Of a stretch of 64,000 nucleotides of DNA, positions 58,836 to 64,000 are shown piece by piece (position 1 is the stretch's first letter; every line of letters starts with the position of its first letter). The translations under genes and the position numbers were made by a program. The DNA is from Ignavibacteriota bacterium (GTDB taxonomy: Bacteria; Bacteroidota; Ignavibacteria; Palsa-1295), in assembly GCA_963787835.1 (NCBI GenBank), contig CAWBEI010000002.1, positions 320,001 through 384,000 of the forward strand, read 5' to 3'. The notes beneath the pieces were generated by a model that saw nothing but the letters and a program-made list of their open reading frames with translations, ran no database searches and was not told the DNA's origin.

Positions 58836-58866
58836 AGGGGGACAGGCGGTTTAGTCTGTCCCTCTT
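58836..58866 (+). terminator. Hairpin terminator after degP
   Basis: AGGGGGACAGGC-GGTTTA-GTCTGTCCCTCT. Confidence 0.6.
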
Positions 58867-59153
58867 GATTTTAAGGGATTGGATTGTTCTTTTCAAGCGC
58901 CGCGTTGATAGATCTGGAATGATCGTTTCCCGGATTCGAAAACTTTTGATGGAAGCAGCCATGCTGCTATTCCTGCTGACGGTCTCGCCGGCCATATATG
59001 CCATGTCGGAAATTGAGTCGCGGAAAACACATCGCGATGCGGTTAAGGTACAGATGGTAACTATCAGGTTGCGACGGCGAGCACTTGACCGAAGAATGAA
59101 TCCCTATATGCTTGTTGGATCTTACGATCCTATCTCTTTACGATATATCAATT

Positions 59154-59423
59154 ATGGAACTTGGAACGATCGCGTTCTCGCCTAACGGAATGACCGAATA
59201 CCGCGCACTGCTCGAAGATGAATTATTTCGCGGCGGCGAATCGAAAGGCCGCTTGCGAACGGCGTTGACCATCCTGACCGATATGCTCATCGAACTGAAC
59301 GCGCTGGAAATTTACTATCAGAAGCCATCGCTGAAATCCATTGTCCCGGCAGAAATAGCGGCGTTGAGGGCTAAGATCGATGCAGTGAAAAATCTCATCC
59401 AGGATTCGATCGGTCTGGAATAA
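59154..59423 (+). CDS. Small hypothetical helical protein
   Basis: Stop overlaps the start of the adenosyltransferase gene (TAATG). Confidence 0.55.
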   Translation: MELGTIAFSPNGMTEYRALLEDELFRGGESKGRLRTALTILTDMLIELNALEIYYQKPSLKSIVPAEIAALRAKIDAVKNLIQDSIGLE

Positions 59424-59986
59424 TGGCAACAAAGATCTATACCAAAACAGGTGACGATGGCACGACCGGCCTGTTCGGCGGCGGCAGGGTCAGGAAGGAT
59501 TCCGCTCGGATCGAAGCCTATGGAAATGTTGATGAGCTGGATTCCGTGATCGGACTTTGCAGATCATTAGATGGGAATGATTGGATCGAACCGCTTCTCC
59601 AACAAATTCAGAACAACCTGTTCGTCCTCGGAGCCGATCTTGCCACGCCACTGGAAACCCGCTCAAACTATAACATTCCTCGAATCACCGAGGAAGATTC
59701 GAAACGGTTAGAGCTTGCGATCGATGGGCATACCGCCATACTTCCGGAACTCAAACATTTCATTCATCCGGGAGGATGCGAACTTGCTGCTCGATTACAT
59801 CTTGCACGAACCGTTTGCCGACGCGCTGAGCGCTCGGTGGTTCATCTTGCCGCACAGGAAGAGATCGGAAAATACGATCTAATCTATCTTAATCGGCTTT
59901 CTGATCTGCTTTTTACGCTTGCACGACGAGCAAATCAGCTCGCTGGCGTGAAGGATGTGGAATGGGATGGAAAGTCCGGAGCATAG
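59423..59986 (+). CDS. pduO: PduO-type cob(I)alamin adenosyltransferase
   Basis: KIYTKTGDDGTTGL, RIEAYGNVDEL, ARTVCRRAER, YLNRLSDLLF. Confidence 0.92.
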   Translation: MATKIYTKTGDDGTTGLFGGGRVRKDSARIEAYGNVDELDSVIGLCRSLDGNDWIEPLLQQIQNNLFVLGADLATPLETRSNYNIPRITEEDSKRLELAIDGHTAILPELKHFIHPGGCELAARLHLARTVCRRAERSVVHLAAQEEIGKYDLIYLNRLSDLLFTLARRANQLAGVKDVEWDGKSGA

Positions 59987-59988
59987 TT

Positions 59989-61134
59989 TTACGCGGTCTT
60001 GACCGTTTCCTTCTTCTCCTGCCAACTCGTCCAATATTCCTTCCATTCAGCAGATTCCCCTGCCGGAGCAATTTTTAGTGGGCGTTTTGCATCCAGCATC
60101 ATGGCATATTCGTTAGTGCGAGTAATATTCGGATTGGCTTTCAGCGCCTTCGGATGCGGGCCATGATGAATGCCTTGTGGATGCAGCGTCATCATTGCCG
60201 GTTTGATATTATCGCGCGAGAAGAAATCACCATCGTGGTAAAATAGCACTTCATCGTAATCGGTGTTGCGATGATAGAATGGCACGCGCAACGTATCGGG
60301 ATCTTCTTCCAACGGACGCGGAAGGAATGAGCAGATCACAAAATTATCTGCAAGAAATGTGGTATGCGCGCTCGGTGGCAGATGCACCCGTGGTGACATC
60401 ACGGGACGAATATCGCGCATGTTGATCTTGTAGGCAGTAAGATCGCCCTTCCAGCCGACAAGATCGATCGGATGATATGGATAAAAGATGGAGGTATATT
60501 CGCCAAGCCGCTTAATGCGAATTTCATATTCCTTCCCATTCGTATCTTGCCTTTTCTCGTACGGAATAAATTCGGGAATCGTAATGGCGGACATATCGTA
60601 AAGCGCATGCATTCCGAGAATCCCTTTTTGCTCGGGCGTTGGCGGCATGATCTCGGAATGCGCTTCGACGCACACGATAAAATTATCTTTGGTCGATGGA
60701 ATGAAGCGGTAGGTCGTCGCACGCGGCATCACGATATAATCGCCAGGTTCATAATCGAGCATCCCGAAATCGGTCTCGATCTTTCCCGTACCCTTATGAA
60801 TAAAGAACAGCTCGTCGCCATCGGCATTACGTGAATAAAATGGCGCAGCTTCGGCTCGGCGGCTGATAGAAAGGATGAGATCGTCATTATAAAGCACTGG
60901 TTCGGATGTGCCGCGCGCGTCAGTCATGTCCGAAGGCTTAACCCTGTCGAGATAGAACGCATGAGGCCGCAAATTCCCCTCGATGCGCGTCCAGCCCGTC
61001 GGAGGATGAACGTGGTACAGATGCGACACGCGGCCAAAAAAGCCTTCGCGCCCATGCTCTTCTTCGAATGATCCTTCCGGCAGCGCAACGTGCGCCTGCC
61101 TGGTTGCTTGTCCTTTAACGATCGGCCAGTTCAT
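59989..61134 (-). CDS. hmgA: Homogentisate 1,2-dioxygenase
   Basis: NADGDELFFIH, DLVGWKGD, HLPPSAHTTF, PFYHRNTDYDEVLFY, HPQGIHHGP. Confidence 0.9.
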   Translation of the reverse strand: MNWPIVKGQATRQAHVALPEGSFEEEHGREGFFGRVSHLYHVHPPTGWTRIEGNLRPHAFYLDRVKPSDMTDARGTSEPVLYNDDLILSISRRAEAAPFYSRNADGDELFFIHKGTGKIETDFGMLDYEPGDYIVMPRATTYRFIPSTKDNFIVCVEAHSEIMPPTPEQKGILGMHALYDMSAITIPEFIPYEKRQDTNGKEYEIRIKRLGEYTSIFYPYHPIDLVGWKGDLTAYKINMRDIRPVMSPRVHLPPSAHTTFLADNFVICSFLPRPLEEDPDTLRVPFYHRNTDYDEVLFYHDGDFFSRDNIKPAMMTLHPQGIHHGPHPKALKANPNITRTNEYAMMLDAKRPLKIAPAGESAEWKEYWTSWQEKKETVKTA

Positions 61135-61249
61135 GTCAATTAAGAATTTAAATTTGAGAATTAAGAGTTAAGGAATTTGTCACATACAGATCCTAAACCG
61201 CAATATCACTAAACCCTATCGGGATAACCAGCGTTCGGCATAACATTCC

Positions 61250-61741
61250 ATGAATCATAGCAAAATAAACCTAAGCGCGATTGATTCGCTCATTAGCACC
61301 GGCGAGCCACTCATCACCGCGCTTTCGAATGCAGCGGCGCTGTTGTATAATTCGATCGAACGCATAAATTGGTGCGGATTCTATCTATTCGATGGCGAAA
61401 AGCTCGTGCTGGGCCCCTTCGGAGGAAAACCAGCTTGCACGACAATAGAGCTGGGAAAAGGAGTTTGTGGAATAGCAGCTTCAGAGCGCAAAATTATTCG
61501 CGTAGCGGATGTAAATGAATTTCCAGGCCATATCGCATGCGATCCGGCTTCGCAATCTGAAATAGTTCTTCCGATTATTCTTTCCAATAGTCGGCTTTTC
61601 GGTGTGCTCGATGTTGACGCTCCCATGAAAAACCGATTTACAGACGAGGATGAAAAAATGCTCTCGAACGTAGTAATGATATTGGAGAGTAAGTTCAGCA
61701 CGATCGTCGAGCGTGCGGGTGGAATATCCTTGCTTGCGTAA
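61250..61741 (+). CDS. msrC: GAF-domain free methionine-R-sulfoxide reductase
   Basis: NWCGFY, LGPFGGKPAC, GKGVCG, FPGHIACD..S.SEIV.P, GVLDVD. Confidence 0.85.
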   Translation: MNHSKINLSAIDSLISTGEPLITALSNAAALLYNSIERINWCGFYLFDGEKLVLGPFGGKPACTTIELGKGVCGIAASERKIIRVADVNEFPGHIACDPASQSEIVLPIILSNSRLFGVLDVDAPMKNRFTDEDEKMLSNVVMILESKFSTIVERAGGISLLA

Positions 61742-61744
61742 ACT

Positions 61745-63934
61745 CTATTTTTGCCCACCGAGAATCGAATCCAGCGGCGTCTCGACTTCTACTTTCACCG
61801 TGCGGCAATAATAGCGTCCTTCGGGAAGATGATTATCATAGAGCAAATTGGATGGGCCGATTCCCTTTGTGCTCGTGATCGATGCGGTTGGTTTATCTGC
61901 AATGATAAGATCGCGGACATTAAATGCGCGCGCTTCGGATAATTTTTGGTTGTGATCGAGTTCCCCTAAATTATCGGTGGAACCTGTGATCGTCGCCGTC
62001 GAAGCCGGATATAATGATTTCGCTACGAACGCGGAGATCATCCGCTGGTTCTGCTCATCGATCGAAGATTGGTCGAAATCGAACACGATGAGCGAGAGCC
62101 GGCTCAACTCGAATGGGTTGATCGTCTTGGAGGCCGAAAGTGCAACCTCCTGAGAAGAATGTGCTCCATTTGTGGAAGTCGCTGCAAGTGTAAGCGAGAG
62201 TGAATCCTTTGTGCTAAGTGTCTTTGCCAGAGATTCCACTTGTCCATCGCTTGGCTTCCAGGGAATTGTACTCGGCGGTGTACCCTCTCCGGACGATTCA
62301 AAGACGGTGTTCCCCTCAGAAGCGATCGTAAGATGCCAATTCCGAACTCCGATGGAACTCGACGCGCTTAATGCAATAGGGATGGTCTTCGGAACTGCCG
62401 ACTCCTCGCGAAATCGCTCATGCACGATCGGCTTGAGAATCTGATCGTTATCCGATGATAACTCCACCCTGCGGTTCTCTTCAAACCCCTCCGGATATTC
62501 TGTGCTTGATGGATTCTTCGGTACATCGGAGGTGGTAATCACAAGCCGTTCGGGATCGATCTTCCAGACACTATTCAAATAATCACGAACAGCAAGCGCG
62601 CGCCGCTGCGCCAGATCCTTTTCAACATCTTCAATCCCTTCGGAACCGGACTTACCCTCGCGGCCGTCCGTGGTACCATTGATCGTGAGCTTCGCACCCG
62701 GATTTGCCTGCATACGGCTACCAACCACATTCAGGATCTGATAATAAGATTCCAGCGAACGATGAGGAAGTTCACTTTCACGAAATTGCATAGCTGCATC
62801 GGGAGCGATCTGCGCATATCGGTCCGGAAGCACCGCACTTGCGCTATCGAAAAAGATGTAAGGAAGAATTGGGAACGTCTCGGTAACCGTCGTTTCTATG
62901 ATGTGGAATGGTTCACTCGCCATGGGCTCCACGGTGACCTTCGGCGCAAATGCGTTTGGATTTTCGTGTTGAACAACGGGTGGAGGAGCTGGCTTTTCCG
63001 GTGGAAGAAGTGGCTCTTCTGTCGCTCCATTCGGCGGACGGTTCCATCTGACTGCCACCCCTACACTAACCGAGGAGACACGCCACGACCTCCCAGACTC
63101 CACGGCATTCAGTGGATAATAATATGATAGTTCCGGTGATGCCGTAAGAATCGGCCCAAAAGGAAGTTCATATCCGACGGTTCCGGTAACCCCAAGCATC
63201 GTATTTACTCCCTGGATCGGCCCCGCGCCATCCGTGAGCGTCGTGGAATTATTCTGCGGATAGACCACGCCTTGTGGCGAAAGGATCGACTCCGTCTGTT
63301 TATAGGTCGCAAGGTGTCCGAGTGGAACTCCCGCGTTAAATTCGGCTAAGCAATAAGCTGCGAAATGCTTTATGGGAGTAAGGCGAAGGCCTCCTGAAAA
63401 ATCAATGTACGGAAGGTTCGCAGAGAACGAATTCTGACGAGTGAGCGGGACATAAACATTGGAATTTGGATTAAGAATAGTGAGTTCATTTGTCACACTT
63501 TGCCCAAAAGCGCCACCACGCTCTGCAAAGCCCAAACCAAACGTAAGATCGAGCCGTCTGTAAAAATTGAACGGTACTTCACCGAAAAAGTCGATCTGAT
63601 AGCCAGCACCGGTCCCGTTCGAAAACGTACCGCATTGCGGGCACCCGGCCACGATCTCGGAATTCGTTTGATGAAAATTTTCAAGATATCCCGCTCGAAC
63701 ACCTGCATGAAACGTTGAAGTAAGCGGATCGGAAGCTTGAGCACATGCCTTAAGTTGAAACCCGATCAAACCAAGAAAAATCGTCATTGCGAGGAGGATC
63801 GAACGACCGAAGGAAGTTCGATCCGACGAAGCAATCCCTCCACCTTGGTGAAGAGATTGCTTCGAAGCGATTGAAATGCTACGCCTTTCAATCGCTTCTC
63901 GCAATGACAGATTCATGATTGCGTTTCCTTCCAT
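61745..63934 (-). CDS. OmpA-family outer-membrane protein with two OmpA-like domains (start uncertain)
   Basis: Beta-strand-rich N-terminus; TINGTTD..LAQRRA..ENRRVEL and ITGSTDNLG..NQKLSEARA..GRYYCRTV. Confidence 0.82.
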   Translation of the reverse strand: MEGNAIMNLSLREAIERRSISIASKQSLHQGGGIASSDRTSFGRSILLAMTIFLGLIGFQLKACAQASDPLTSTFHAGVRAGYLENFHQTNSEIVAGCPQCGTFSNGTGAGYQIDFFGEVPFNFYRRLDLTFGLGFAERGGAFGQSVTNELTILNPNSNVYVPLTRQNSFSANLPYIDFSGGLRLTPIKHFAAYCLAEFNAGVPLGHLATYKQTESILSPQGVVYPQNNSTTLTDGAGPIQGVNTMLGVTGTVGYELPFGPILTASPELSYYYPLNAVESGRSWRVSSVSVGVAVRWNRPPNGATEEPLLPPEKPAPPPVVQHENPNAFAPKVTVEPMASEPFHIIETTVTETFPILPYIFFDSASAVLPDRYAQIAPDAAMQFRESELPHRSLESYYQILNVVGSRMQANPGAKLTINGTTDGREGKSGSEGIEDVEKDLAQRRALAVRDYLNSVWKIDPERLVITTSDVPKNPSSTEYPEGFEENRRVELSSDNDQILKPIVHERFREESAVPKTIPIALSASSSIGVRNWHLTIASEGNTVFESSGEGTPPSTIPWKPSDGQVESLAKTLSTKDSLSLTLAATSTNGAHSSQEVALSASKTINPFELSRLSLIVFDFDQSSIDEQNQRMISAFVAKSLYPASTATITGSTDNLGELDHNQKLSEARAFNVRDLIIADKPTASITSTKGIGPSNLLYDNHLPEGRYYCRTVKVEVETPLDSILGGQK
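63783..63908. repeat. GTCATTGCGAG...GAAGCAATC inverted REP-like pair inside the 5' end of the OmpA ORF
   Basis: Same family as 44502-44628; open in the OmpA frame. Confidence 0.85.
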
Positions 63935-64000
63935 TATTACCGTATGACGACAAACCTCTCGCTTGCACGGTAATCTCCGGCATGGAAGATGATGGAATAG

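Noticed and set aside
58865-59185. 106-aa ORF after degP
   Set aside because: No recognisable motif, begins at the terminator and overlaps the next ORF; cannot be supported

Overview
Bacterial chromosomal window, probably from the FCB superphylum. Seven secreted proteins end in T9SS type-A-like C-terminal domains; Ca. Kapabacteria or an Ignavibacteria-like lineage is my inference. Housekeeping genes include citrate synthase, lptF, dsbD, a YitJ-type MTHFR fusion, cmk, recA, recX, a DnaQ-UvrC-like fusion, an ECF sigma factor, glycosyltransferases, hpf, xerC, smg, ybeY, degP, pduO, hmgA, msrC and an OmpA-family protein. The centrepiece is a ~10.4 kb composite mobile island (22293-32650) that appears to have inserted, with only a 2-bp duplication, into the middle of a bipartite ~155-bp non-coding repeat; an intact, empty copy of that repeat lies at 8460-8616. 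The island's right part is a complete 2.8 kb IS1-like transposon (29810-32650, 22-bp terminal inverted repeats) carrying an atypical tRNA-Glu(UUC)-like gene, a ~255-nt multi-hairpin non-coding region, a small basic protein and two DUF2158-like genes. Its left part holds an IS1595 transposase, a truncated second IS1-like transposase, a T9SS metalloprotease pair and unrelated small ORFs framed by conserved non-coding modules. Also notable: many REP-like palindrome families, several read in-frame inside proteins; an ECF sigma coupled to a membrane-anchored protein with two T9SS-CTD-like domains; and a homocysteine methyltransferase domain lacking all zinc-ligand cysteines. No rRNA or CRISPR array was seen. 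All calls are by-eye motif recognition without database searches.
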